DNA of 64,000 nt from contig CM060733.1 in assembly GCA_030704615.1 (NCBI GenBank), positions 682,001-746,000 on the forward strand, given 5' to 3'. Positions 1 through 12,719 of the stretch are shown here, one piece after another. Source of the DNA: Takakia lepidozioides (Eukaryota; Plantae; Bryophyta). The position numbers were made by a program, and so were the translations under genes. Numbering within the stretch: position 1 is the first letter of the stretch; the number at the start of each line of letters is the position of its first letter. The notes beneath the pieces were generated by a model. The model saw only the letters and a program-made list of their open reading frames with translations. It was not told where the DNA came from and searched no databases.

Positions 1-584
1 TGCAATTGGGGGATGGCCTCCACGACGGATGACCCAAAAACCACGTTGTACATTTTCGAGAGCAGAGACAAGATGATAAAGACTCTCGCACATAGATGGT
101 GGATTGCACCTGAAATTTCAATTGTTCATAATGTAGCCAACAATCAGTCAGATGGCACACCTCGTAGGCCCCTCTAACCGTGCCATCAGAGACCTTTGTA
201 ATTGGGAAGATAGCCCAGACAATAAATGGGGGTAACACGTTCGATGCAAGCCTGTTCAACGATATGTCTACTGGAACCTGTTTTGCTTCCGCTCTGGAAA
301 ACTTGTGTGTAGACACAGTAGAGTTGCGGTACAAACTAGAAAATGTTGTGAAGCGTTTCATGACGGGGCTATTCAATTGGCCTGAGCCCAAAAATTGTTG
401 GAGGATGGATAGAAACTTGTAGACCTCTGACTTTACATCATGTTTGAATAAATGTTGTTTTCAATTGTGTTTGTCTCGTACCATAATGTTTTAAATGTTT
501 GTTACTTGGCCATGGCACCTGGGTCCATCATATGGGATAATCAAGCACCACACCCACGAATCTTGAAGAGTGACAGTGTACACC

Positions 585-3500
585 GAGTCAATGGGTGAAC
601 CAATCGTTCCCCTGCCAAATGACTTTAGATTGATTTGAAACTTTGGGACTGTCTTGTACATGCCCTCTTTAAATTACCGGACAAGTATGAGGTCAATCTA
701 AAATGGTTCTAAGGGTGAACCAATAGTTCCCCTATTAAATGATTCATAATTGAAAATTGGTTGAAAAATTTAACGAGTCGTTCGGGGGGCAAATGATTAT
801 TTTTTCGCTTGTAACTTTGTGCACGTGATTTGTACGTACTTAAGCACATATGGACCAAAGTTGAACTTCAACAAAGTTGTTTGAATGGGTTATTCAAATT
901 CATAAGGAGAAACAACCTTTCGTCTGCACATGAATTGTTTTTAATTCCATTCTGAAGCCATATGCTTGATAACAACATGAAGAGTTGCATGCAAAATATC
1001 ACCATGAACAGACATCGTTTGCATCCAAAACACATTTTATTCCTTCATTTGCACTCCAAGGTGAAGTTATCTTCAACTTCATGCACTCTTCATAGAGAGT
1101 TCTGCAATAGTGAGCATAGAGCAAGGATGTGGTGGTGTGAGGGTTCAACTCACAGAATAAAATCAAGCCAAAAACAAAATCATTGCGCCCCACACTCATT
1201 GCGCCCCACAATCCTATGCCCTCTAAATCATTTTATTTAGTAAAAATCCAGTTCAATTCAAAATTGGATGAAATGGTGAATGGAAACTTCCCCGATGAAA
1301 TGATATTTTATTGCTCCGAAACTTTGCAAGTGTCTTCCCTCTTACACGTCTTTGAGAAGTATGACATCAATCTAAAATGGTTTAAAGGGTGAACCAATCG
1401 TCCCCCTACTAAATGATTTTAAATTGATTTGAAACTTTGCAAGTGTCTTGTACATGCCCTCTTACAGGTCTTTCACAAGTTTCAAGTCAATCTAAAATGG
1501 TTGAAAGGGTGAATCAATCATGAACATATCAAATGATTTAGGAGTGCTTTAAAGCTTTGCAAGTGTCTTTCACATGCGGTACCGGACAAGTATGAGGTCA
1601 GTAAAATATGGTTGAAAGGGTGAACCAATTGTTCTCCTATCAAATGATTTTACATTGCTTTGAAGCTTTGCAAGTATCAGCCATATGCCCTCCTACAAGT
1701 ACCGGACAAATATGACGTGAATAAAAAATGGTTGAAAGGGTGAACCAATCATTCCGCTATCAAATGATTTTATATTGCTTTGGATGTCATTGCTTTGGTA
1801 ATTCTAGCCCCCCAATGGCCCATTGTAACCCTTGAATTACAATTCAAAATGCAATTCAAGCCCTTAAAATTGGTAATGCCAGTCCCTAAAATGACCAACC
1901 CTAACCACCCCTCAAATTGTAATTTGAGCCCTTGAAATTGTCAATTCCAATCCCTCAAATTGCAATTGAAGCCTCTGAAATTTAATGCCAACCCCTCAAA
2001 TTCCACTTCTAGCCCCTGAAATGGCAATTCCCGCCCCTCAAATTGCAACTGTAGCTTGTGAAATGGCAATTGCTAGTGCAGCCCCTGGAATGGCAGTTTC
2101 AGCCCCTCAAATTGCAAGTCCAGCCCCTGAATCTGGCTATTGGTGAATCAATCATTCCCCTGCCAAATGATTTGGGATTCATTTGAAACTTTGCGAGTGT
2201 CTTGTACATGCCCTCTTAAAGTTACTGGACAAGTATGATGTCAATGTTAAATGGTTCAAAGGGTGAACCAACAGGTCCCCTGTTGGATAATTCATGATTA
2301 ATCGTTAACGATTGATCTCATATTACACTGGGACCTATCAGAGGGTACATTGAACACACTGGCCAAGTCTCAAAGCGATCGAAAATCATTTGGATGGGCA
2401 ACCATCCGTCGGCCCATTGAATGAATTTCGGTTGATCTCATATTACTCTGGGGCCTCTTCCATGGTACATTGAACATATTGGCCAAGTCTCAAAGCAAAC
2501 CAAAATCATTTCGATGGCCAACCATCCGTTGAGCCATCGAATGAATTTTGATTGATCTGATATTAGTCCGGGACCTGTGAGAGGGTGTCTCAAATGTAAT
2601 GGCAAAGTTTGGATGCAAAACAAAATGATTTGGATGGGCAACCATCCGTTCACCCATTGAATGTATTCTGTTGGATCTGCTATTACTTTAGGACCTGTTG
2701 GACTGCATTTCGCGTGCTCATGTTTTTTTTTTTCATTCTGTTTCTGAATGGGGCGTGTAATAACTCCATATGCAACGTGCGTGCCAAATTTGGGAGCGAT
2801 CAAAATTCATTTGGATCCAAAACCACAGTTTTTGTTGTGTCTCCGCATATGTGTCGCACACATGTTCAAGCACATGCGGGCAAAAGAGGGGCTTCAACCA
2901 CATCCGCAATGGATGCAATAGTCGTGCACGCATTGCAGGATTTCTTTTTCGCAATGAACTAAAACCAGATGACAACTGAACGCCTCATTGGCCCATCGAA
3001 CGAATTTCGAGTGATCTCATATTACACTGGGACCTATCAGAGGGTACGTTGAACACATTGGCCAAGTCTCAAAGCGAACGAAAATCATTTGGATGGGCAA
3101 CCATCCGTTGGCCCATTGAACGAATTTCGATTGATCTCATATTACTCTGGGGCCTCTTCCATGGTACATTGAATGTACTGGCCAAGTCTCAAAGCGAACC
3201 AAAATTATTTGGAGGCAAATGATTTATTCGTCTGCTCATTTATTTGTGATTAATCGTTAATGGTGAAAAGGATAAACCAAAGGTTCCTTGATAAAAAAAA
3301 AAATTGAATGATTTGAAATTTTGCCAGTATGTTCTACATGTCTCTTACATGGACCGGACAAGTATGAGATCAATCAAAAATGGAGTTACTTGATGTGCCG
3401 ATTTCTGAATGCTTTCAAACTTTGCCATTGCATTGTACATGCCTTCTTAAAGGTACCGGACAAGTATGAGTTCGATTTAAAATATTGCAATGGATGAACC

Positions 3501-3620
3501 AATGGTATCTTCATTCAGCAATTTTTGATTTTTTGAAACTTTGCCAGTATATTGTACATGTCGTCAAACAGGTACCGAACAAGTATGAGGTTATTCAAAA
3601 ATGGTTCAAAGGATGAACCT
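585..3620. repeat. Degenerate ~120-bp tandem repeat array; forward blocks at ~585-2290 and ~3310-3620 flank an inverted block at ~2310-3215
   Basis: Recurring unit GGGTGAACCAAT...CAAATGATTT...TTTGAAACTTTGCAAGT...CCGGACAAGTATGAGGTCAATCTAAAATGGTT at ~120-bp spacing. In the middle block the unit appears as its reverse complement (GATCTCATATT...TGGCCAAGTCTCAAAGC...AAAATCATTTGGATGGGCAACC). Confidence 0.85.
1805..2135 (+). repeat. ~21-22-bp degenerate tandem repeat (GCCCCTCAAATTGCAATTCCA-like)
   Basis: More than 10 copies of CCCCT(C/G)AAAT(T/G)G(C/T)AATT visible. Confidence 0.75.
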
Positions 3621-3716
3621 CGTATTTCCAAAAATTACGTAGACTATACAGTGGGTTGTACATTTAAGTTTTCGCAACCTGAGACCTTTGGCCTACTCCA
3701 TACGTTTCTAGCGTTT

Positions 3717-6144
3717 CTAGCCATCTTCATCTAGATTTATTACTTCGTTGTCGTCATCTCCAGATGTTGATGAAAATGCTCCGGGTGTAGAGGACGTGCC
3801 TCCACCAGTACGGAGAGCTCGAGCCTGGGCTCGAGTGGTCAAAGAGTAACCCAGTGTTGTGTGGTCCACCCTTGCCATCATGCGTAGCGTTCTAGGCGAG
3901 TACTGACTCTCTTCCACATTTGCCAGAGCCGGGTATGTCGCTCTTGCTACGGCTTCATGCAATTTTTCAATTAAATCCGATATGTTTGGAAGTGGCAAGA
4001 ACACCCCTGGAATAGGGGCAACTTGGTTACGCCATGTGTTCTGCCAATACTTTACAACACTCATGATGACAGCCTTGAAATTGTCCAACACCTCCTCCTG
4101 CTGGGGGTCTCTACGCAACTCTGGAAGAAATGGCCCTTCATCCCGACGAGGCACCCATACAATCGCGAACCGATTGGGAGAGACCTATTTCTAAGGGAGT
4201 TGGAGGCCGCTAGCATCCGTTGGGAGGATATGGGTCCCGTATGCCTCTAGGACGTATGGTTATTTCCCAGTTGGATGTCACCCAAAAGGTCACCAGATCT
4301 TTAACCCTAGTTAACGTCTTCGCATCCAAGGCGTGCATCTCTCTTGAAGCATCCCATGTCATTGTCTCCTCCCAGTGCTACCAATTAAAAAAATCGTAAG
4401 GCAATACATCCAATGGCATGTTGTACCGGTTGTACTCGTATCCCGTGGGCATATTGTCTTGCAACCCAAACAACTCGTAGAAACGTCGATGGATTGGTCC
4501 ACGGTAGTCAGAGCATTGGCTGGCTCGCTTGGCTGCCGATATGAGACATGCGGGATGGAACAAATGGCCACATGAACCAAGCATATAGCCTCCCTCCGGT
4601 CCGTAAGGGTTTAGGCACATTGTGCACACCATACCATCTGTTACCTACGACGCTGGATTGCTCCGTGGTATCCACGTCCGTTTATCCTCATGAATGTAGG
4701 ATGACATCCTCGGCCTGCTATCCCACTCCTCCTCTACTTCCAAATCCCAGTTTATGCTCTTATTGGTATCGGAAAATTGTATGCACACAGTGCTCAAACA
4801 TGACATCCACATCACCCCATGTGGTGAATCCAGTGTACTTCGACGTGAATACATCACGCACAGTGTCGTGCCTTTGCAAATTAGCATAGATGCTATCTAC
4901 GCTTCGATTCGACAAACGTGCTGCACGTTGGAGGGAGGACAACGCTTCTTCTATCCGTGTTTCCCGCGATGCTAGACGGGCCGCCCATGTCACCCAATTC
5001 CGCCAATTCCCCTTCAACCATGGCCACGATCGGATTTGCATGGCATTTGAGTACCGATATGCAACAGCCCTAGCTTGCTCTAATTCCTATTCTTGGGCCG
5101 ATGTAATTTGCACGGCTGAACATTCCCCAGTTTCCACTATGGGGTCCTTCCCTTTTCTTGCCCTCTCCGCCGCAAGTCTTTCTTCTTCAACCCTCGCCGG
5201 GTCCAGTTCAGGCGTTTGCACTTCATTTCCATGCCCGATTGAGTCAACCCCGTCGATGACGCGGTCAATGTCCATTGGTGGCATATTCAAACGCGCCAAT
5301 ATGTCTTGCTCGTTGGTGATTGGCCTCGGGTCCTGAAGCACACCGCGTACGTTGTCGAGAGTCCCCAACCCCATTCTTTCCAGCAACTTCGTTATTTGCC
5401 ATCGTTGCAAATGAACAATGTCCTGCAGGTCCTTGAGGAGTTGTTCATGTGCGGCCAACTGTTCTCCAACGGAGAGCGTACCTCGCCCCCCTCCACCTCA
5501 GACGTTGAAGGCCCGGCTGCGGAGACCTGTTGCGGCGTGTAATCTGGAGGTTGGTCGGCATTTCCTCCTTCTTCCACATCGTCGTTTCCATCCGCCTTTT
5601 CTCCTTCTTCCACCTCGTCGTTTCCATCCAACCGTATGATGTCCTGCCCCTGACGTATATACAAGTTTGGGATATCAGAGAACATGTATAGTCTAGTATG
5701 TTGTCTCGCAGTGGCAGTTTGCCAATCCACTCGCTGCAATAAAATCAACTATGTATACAACATGGCCGTAAATAAATACGGGACCTTGTTGTTGACGAGC
5801 GGTTGACCCCACAATGTTGTATGTACCTCCTCTGCCCTGTGGCGGAAATGCGGGTTGGCGCAGGATTAATGCAAACTAGCTTGATTTTGTTTGGTTTGTG
5901 GATCATGCCTATCTCTGGGCCACAAACGATTCATGTGACACCAGTCCATAAATTTCCTGCAGTCACCAAGCGACCACCGCTGCCCCAACTTCCAAACTTC
6001 CCAACCTGGTTCTGCAAGAATGTTGGGGTCATTGTATATGTCCCAACGAAGTTCGCGTCTGACCCCTTTTGGTTTTTTTTTGGGAGGTCCAGGTTCATTA
6101 TCGTCATCCCTGGGATGACCTCTTCTGTCTTCCTCCTCTGCCAT
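3717..6144 (-). pseudogene. Frameshifted gene encoding a RING-H2 finger protein, probably TE cargo
   Basis: Collinear minus-strand ORF pieces 5866-6144, 5392-5748, 5087-5458, 4760-5041, 4378-4632, 3717-4154. Piece 4378-4632 has CTMC-x14-CGHLFHPAC-x10-CSDY (RING-H2 spacing, last Cys lost). Basic NLS-like PPKKKPK near the N-terminus. TATA-like TTATAAG at ~6508-6514. Confidence 0.6.
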
Positions 6145-6569
6145 TTATGGCTCTGGCTTACCCCTACTCGACAGGTGTTTGCTAAGCAAAATGCTCTCCC
6201 AACCCTCCTAAATCGTACCTAATCCTACTCCTTAATGAATCCTCCCCAAGTACTAGAGGCACGTGTCACTCCCTCGGCAGTTCTAAGTGATATGACGCAA
6301 TGTGCAATGAAAGAAACGTGGGTGCCAGAGGAGGGCTTTCCGGGAGGTACTCAGCATCGATTTCGTAGAAACCAACGGCCCAAAGTACCCCTCACCCAAC
6401 CAATAGCACCCCTCTCCACTTGGACTCAATGACAAGGAATGCAACATCCCAGCGCCCACCAAGTCCTGGTGTGGAGAAAAGTGAGGGAGAGAATGGCCTC
6501 CAAGGCCTTATAAGCCCCCCCTCCACACTCGGGGCGCACGCTGTCATCATGACTGCACACGCTAGTAAT

Positions 6570-7506
6570 AGCTGCGACCGCTAGCAGGGGGTGGTCGCAT
6601 CATTTGTTCATTTCTTTATTATGTGCGACCACCAGCAGGGGGGTGGTCGCATAATTTTCCGATTTTTAAATATCTACCAACAATCAATAGCTCAGTTGGT
6701 TAAGAGCACTGAGTGCGACCCGGACGATTCTGGGGTCAAATCTTGCTACATGATGGGTGTGGAATGGTTTGTGTGTGGTGCCTCATTCCTACGCCTCTTG
6801 GCGCATAAATGAAAGAGGTTATTTTCTCCTCTCACTGGGCCTGATTTGTGAGCTGTCGCTCCCAGGTGTTTCCCAAAATAAAAAATAAAAATAAAAATAA
6901 AAATAAAAAATCTGCGACCACCAGCAAAGGGGTGATCGCACCATTTTCTTTTAGGGGCGACCACCAGCAAGGGGGTGGTTGCAAAATTTTCTATTTTTAA
7001 ATAGTTGCGACCACCAGCAGGGGGGTGGTTGGACCATTTTTCTTTTTGTTAAATAGGTGCGAATAATATGTAGAGCAGTTTCATTCGGGCCCTGATTCTA
7101 GAGTGGTCCAAGAATTACTGTGGCCCAGAAATTAGAGTGGGGCGCCTATGAAGGAAGGTCACGTGTATTAAGGAATGAGATGAGGGGGTCCAAAAAAAGA
7201 ATGGAGGAATTGGCTAAATTTAGAATAGGGAGTCCTGCAGGGTTGACATGTGTTCAGGGCCTTCTAGAAGGCTCCCAGGGTCGGCGGGCTTCTAGAAGGG
7301 TCCCACCGCCCTGAGAGGCTATATAAGGGACCCCCCCCCCCCTCCTTACTATGTACTAACTTACTACCTATTAAATCAGTAAATAGGTGCGACTACCAGC
7401 AGGGGGGTGGTCGCAACATTTTTTTTATTTTTTATTTTAACAGTTGCGACGACCGCTACTGGTGGTCGCACAAAAAATAGGTGCGACCACCAGGAGGTTG
7501 GTCCCC
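6570..7506. repeat. Array of about 8 hairpin motifs GCGACCACCAGCAGGGGGTGGTCGC, likely TE subterminal repeats
   Basis: Copies near 6573, 6624, 6913, 6957, 7006, 7389, 7446 and 7483. Confidence 0.75.
6676..6911 (+). mobile_element. tRNA-derived SINE (family 1)
   Basis: A-box TAGCTCAGTTGG (6688-6699), degenerate B-box (~6734-6742), a body shared with the copy at 14272-14535, and an (AAAAAT)n tail. Confidence 0.7.
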
Positions 7507-8178
7507 TTGCACCTGTATGTATGTTTGGAGAGGCAGATGAAAAGTACATGTATCGACTCCCCATGGATTTGTGAAGGGGAAGATGAATGTTGGGAGCTGC
7601 AACTGGCCTTTGTGGCTTTCGAAACCATAATACGAAATCAACAATGTAAAGGTAATGACGAAACACAAACACACGCACAACCACCAAACCTTTTCTTGGG
7701 TACACATATTCCACCATTTTTATTTCCGTACACGTATGCATGTACCCAAACTGAAACATAGATATCCATGGAAACATACTACACATCATGTGACAGAAGT
7801 TATAGCTGTACCTAGTTCTGTCTGGCACGATGACGATGGTATGATCTCACGCCTAGTACAAAATCTTCGTCCCCACTCACTTCACCCCCGTTCCCATGAT
7901 CAGTGCTAGAATCATGATCTCCATCTGTTCTTTCATTTCCAGAGGCAACTGGTCGTTGGACCTGTAGTCGTCATCGGAGTACGTTCAGTTGTCTCTCTGG
8001 TCGATTTCCACTCCTATCATGAATACCATCTAGGATATCAGGCCTATTCACAGGTCGGTCACCAACAAAAGGTTGCACAATTCTCTGCCGTTTTCTTTTC
8101 CTCCCCTGCACCTCCCACAATTACGGGCCTTTCCGTCATTCCACAGCTACATTTTCCTGATCTGGCACCTACAAGAAT

Positions 8179-9172
8179 TGAGTGCGGTGGGCGCACTCAC
8201 TTTCGAGACTGACAAAGGATCAAAACAGACAAACATCAATTCTCCAAAACAACAGACATAACCCTCCTTTCCTGTCAACCGGAATTGAGTGCGACACTCA
8301 TTTTTTGGACACCTTCCATGACACCTATGAAATCATGTTCATTGCAGGCACTCCATCTCTACTCAGTCAATGGCTCCATTGTCACTTCCTCTTCCACATT
8401 GTGTGCTTCATTATAGAGGCAGAAATTGAGTGCGCCACCACACTCAAAACTGTACAACTATATAAAACTGTAAACTATGTCATCTCACAAATTGCCATTT
8501 CACTCACCAAAGTCCGCTACAAAAAAATGAGTGCGGCAGCGCATTCAATTCCAGGCCTCACTCTATCTCTCATTCAGCCGATTCCATATCAACTTTGATT
8601 TACCTACTGTCTTCAAATATCTGCGAGTCCACTGTTAAAACTGAGTGCGCCACCACACTCAGTTTCCAGGGTAGTCTGATGTTTTTCCCATAACTAAAAA
8701 AGAATGCTTTCCAATTTCCACAATCATTTTCACCTTATAGTTCATCTCACACATCATCAAATCAACCATCTACAGGTGCTCAAAAAACTGAGTGTTGTGG
8801 CGCACTCATTTTTGGGAGCCCTCCATTTTGTCTGCCTGCTTTCTGTTGCAAGCACACCAGGGTCTTTACCTCTGTCCACGAAGACGGTCGACCACACCTC
8901 AGAACTGAGTGCGCCACCACACTCAGCTTCAAGGTTATCGTTTCTGTCTATCTTAAAACTCAAAAGAGATCTCACTTTTAATGAAACACACTTTCTAACT
9001 ATCGTTTCAGCAGACTGACCTTTCTATGGTGCTCCGAAACTGAGTGCGGTGGCGCACTCAGTTCTGGGAGCCCTCCATTCTGTCTGCCTACTTTCTGTTT
9101 TGAGTTCATTCGAGTCTTCACGTCTGTCCAAAAAGATTGTCGACCGCACCTCAGAACTGTGTGCGCCACTGT
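8179..9172. repeat. Array of hairpin motifs TGAGTGCGGTGGCGCACTCA / TGAGTGCGCCACCACACTCA upstream of a hAT-like transposase
   Basis: About 9 copies (8179, 8286, 8427, 8528, 8641, 8788, 8904, 9040, 9157), plus a ~140-bp direct duplication (8786-8930 vs 9038-9172). Confidence 0.7.
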
Positions 9173-9189
9173 ATTTAGAAATTGTGGTG

Positions 9190-11760
9190 GTGTCTTCTGA
9201 TACACATGATATTGAGAAAGAGGATGATTTGCAGGGATCTGTACCAAAGAAGAAGTCCAAACCTAACAGCTATAACTTGACCAGAAGGTTCCAGTTGGAG
9301 TGGGCAGCAAAGTTGCCATGGGCTGAGGGTCAACTTGCAGCAGATAGTGGTCTTCATCTTGTGAAGTGCAAGATTTGCTCCACTATCAACCAGACTCCCA
9401 AAGTCATGGCCCCCGAGTGGGACACCCTAATCAAGCATGAGAGGAAGAGGAGGGCAGAGAAGGATATGCCCAAGTACAAGGTAAAGAAAGGGGAGTGGTA
9501 CATTACTGCTGATTGCAAGCACAAAAGAAATGTTGCATTATACTATTCTCGTGCTCCTACAACTGTTTTAATGGATCCATATTCCATGTATTTTTTGGTG
9601 GATGTCCAATGACTGAGTATGAGATAATGCAGAGTTTGTTTGTCTTTCTTGAGGTCCAAAACAACCCAAGGATGCATTGGAGTGACACATCAGGTTGGAT
9701 AATGGCTGAGTTCATGTACAATGAAGTGAAGGAGAGAATGGTGTCATGTGTGAGGGCTGCCAAATATGTGGCACTGACTTGTGATGAGGTCACAAGTGTG
9801 GATAATGGCTCTTGGATCAGCATACATGCCTACATCATGCAAAATTGGGTTCGAGTCCCCAGGATGATCTCCCTTCAGAAAATTGTGGATGGGTCAGGGG
9901 TTGATAGTTTGACAGTTGTTATCTTGGATGCTTTGAGGACTGGTGGAGGACTTTCAGATAGTGGTATAGCTGGGAAATTGTTGTGTTTTGGGGCTGATGG
10001 AGTTAGTACCTTTCAAGGTGTACTGAGGAATGGGGTTACCAAACAGATTGCTTCAAAGCTGCATGCTCCATTCTGTATGGGGGTGCATTGCATGGCTCAT
10101 AGGTGCAATCTGGTAGGAATCTGGCCTTCAAGATTATCTGAATTGGGGTTTTTTAGCAGCATTGAAGCTTTGCTTCATACCAGACATGCCTACTTTGCCC
10201 ACAACCCCAAAAGATACTTGGAGTTCACTAAACTTGCAGACATGATGGAAACAAAGGGTCTGAAAATGCTCAAGAATATGAAAACTCGGTGGGTTATTGA
10301 GCCGCTCAAGAGAATTTTGGCTGAGTACAGACCCTGACTGGCCAAAATGAAGATTGACAGTGTTGAGAACAAACCGGCTAAGGTGAGCAGTTATGATCAT
10401 GTACCCCATGCTTGGTTTATATGTCTTTTTTTCCTAAAATAGTGTGGCATTTGCACATTCTAAAGCGATTTGTTGTTGTGGCATGTGGCAAGCCTTGTTG
10501 GTTTTGTTGTGTCACACATGTACTTTGTTGGGTATGTGTTGTATTCTTCCTCTTCTTGAGAGCATTGACTGTCTGGTGCAGTTTGCACAATCCCAAAATG
10601 TTTTCATTTGTGACATGGTTGCAACATCAAGGTGTGTAAGGCCAACTGTATTCTTTGTACGTTGACCGGGCCACTAAATTTGCAAGTGACGAGTTCTGGT
10701 CATTTAATTAAGAGTTTGCTAGATTGTAGCCATGAGACAATTCACCTCAAGTGGGTGGCTGACCTGAATGACAACTCACACCAATTGGCATTCATTGTGA
10801 ATGGTGAGCACATTTGTGCTGACCATGTGAGTGGTGTAACCGTGCCCAATGCCAATGTGGCTGCCCGTGGGGCCAATGGCTGTGTGGAGGCTGAAGCTGC
10901 CAATGCTTTTGATGAAGTTGCCCCACAGGTGGGAAACAACTATGTTAACAAGGATGCACGGAACCTCCTCCCCCAAGTCAAGGACGAGTGTTCAGGTGAG
11001 ACAAACCAGCCCCTTCACTAAGTATTTTTGCTCTCATTCTTGTCATCCTGTAATGGCTTAGTCATTTAAAGGGAGGGGGGAGAGAGGGAGGGGGGGCCTG
11101 CAGCATTGGGGCGAGACTTAGACTAGCTTTGAAATTAATTGGTTTTTGTATGCTAACATGTGTGGGCTTGTGGGTGTGGCGCAGCTGCAGTGGAGCAGCT
11201 TGTGGCAGAGCTCAACCTGAGATTCCACCAACAACAGGCAGTGCTTCATGCCATGGGTATAGTATATCCACAATATTGGCTGCAAGTAGGTTGTGATGAG
11301 AGTTTTCCAAAACACCTTGATGTGTTGAAGAGTTGGTACATATGGTGAAGCACGTGTGTTTGGCACGGGGGAAAAGAAGAAGAAGAGAGAGAGAGAAGAC
11401 TCCGGCCGAAGCCGGCGTAACTAAGAGCCACTTCGCCTTGCGGTTACTGCCCCCTTTCGGGGGTGGGCCCTATGAAGACATCAAAACATTGGCTTCCTCC
11501 CTTCACCCATCAGACAAGTGAGCAAGGACAACGAAAAGAAGAAGACAGTTTTGGGCCTGCTCAATCGCTGGGACCTTGAATCCTAGCAAGGTATGTTTAA
11601 GTTGTGTATGAACAGCAATCGTTGGCTGCCATGGAGCCCCCGTTTGACATCAATCCTCCACCAAGATTTGGAGAACAATTGATGCCTCTAGAGTACTAAC
11701 TCATTCGACCCGGAGTATGTGAAGCTTGCAGAAATTGCCATGATGCATGTGTTGAGCAAC
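9190..11760 (+). pseudogene. Degraded ZNF862-like (hAT-related) transposase
   Basis: N-terminal Zn-finger-like RRFQLEWAAKLPWAE...VKCKICS; ALTCDEVTSVDN (first D); CFGADGVSTFQG; GVHCMAHRCNL (CxxH); KTRW; C-terminal PPFDINP...WRTIDASRVL...EYVKLAEIAMMHVL, which ends abruptly at ~11760. Multiple frameshifts and stops. Confidence 0.8.
11384..11532 (-). mobile_element. 149-bp retroposed insertion with a 13-bp TSD inside the ZNF862-like transposase
   Basis: GAAAAGAAGAAGA at 11371-11383 and 11533-11545. Removing the insert and one TSD copy restores the frame YGEARVFGTGEKKKTVLGLLNRWDLES. (CT)n/(CTT)n tail on the minus strand. Confidence 0.75.
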
Positions 11761-12719
11761 CGGTGGTCGTGGGAATGTATGGCCAAAAGTTCTTTGGCCT
11801 TGAGAATTTTCCCTATGATGCCTGTTTTGACAAGTGGAGCGGAGCCATCCCACGTGGGCGTTATGGAGTCTCTTCATAGAATTAGACATTGGTGTCTTGT
11901 AGTTGTGTTGAGAACTCTTATTTGCTGTTGTGACCCTTCCCATCTTTGTTTCCATCATACATTTCTGCAAGTATAGTGAGTTTCCCTATATTACATAGGA
12001 CATTCGGATCTGTTCCACTCTTCATGCCATGGTGGCTAGGATGCATTTTGGACTTGTTTGACAACTGCCCATTGTTATTTAAGTGGGCTATGGTGCCCGA
12101 CTCCTTCGTTTTCTATCTTATGACACTAATGCCAGTTTGCTGTCTGAAATTAGGCTATGGTACTTGAGACTGTGTTTTTTCATTTGAATAAGTGGTGCCA
12201 GTTTGCTCTATGAAATTGGGCAATGGTACCCTTAGTGCTACCTTGGATTTTTCATGGTCGCCAGTTTGCCACAATACAAAGGGGAATTTCGCCACTATTT
12301 CTGCCTCAATTTGACATGTGTCGCCTGGATAATATTCCTTACTTATGAAAAAATCGTCATATTGCACAATATTTAGCATACATGTAGCCAGGTGGATTCT
12401 AGGTGGACATAAGACATGTCGCCACCTCTGCCCCTAAAATATATCGTCACGTCCACGCTTTTGCAAAAAAGAAAAAAAGAAAAAAGGTTGGGTTTGACCA
12501 TCCCTACACTGGCTAGCTGGCCTCCAGAGACACCTTTTGTGTTGGTGACTTTGCCCCACACAACACGATGGGGTGGTTCTATCCACCCTCAACCATTTTC
12601 AAATCATACAACAGAGGATGGGATTGCACTGAGAACTTTGCAGCATTGCCGGAGTTTAGTCACCTTAGTCTCGGACCTCCTCCTTTAGGGTTGTTCTACA
12701 ATTAACAATCAGAAAGGTT

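Noticed and set aside
1-422. ORF 180-422 as a second methyltransferase fragment (DMSTGT...E)
   Set aside because: Resemblance to motif I is too weak; at most the 3' end of an unidentified gene cut by the window edge.
6624-6650. CTCF-like motif CCACCAGCAGGGGG
   Set aside because: Plants lack CTCF; the motif is part of a TE-type hairpin repeat.
6684-6750. Functional tRNA genes (also ~14465-14532 and ~26240-26312)
   Set aside because: No convincing acceptor or anticodon stems, and each continues into a SINE body and tail.
11384-11532. Hammerhead, HDV or twister ribozyme call
   Set aside because: The CUGAUGA/GAAA core, the HDV nested pseudoknot and the twister conserved residues could not be matched; kept only as a structured insert.
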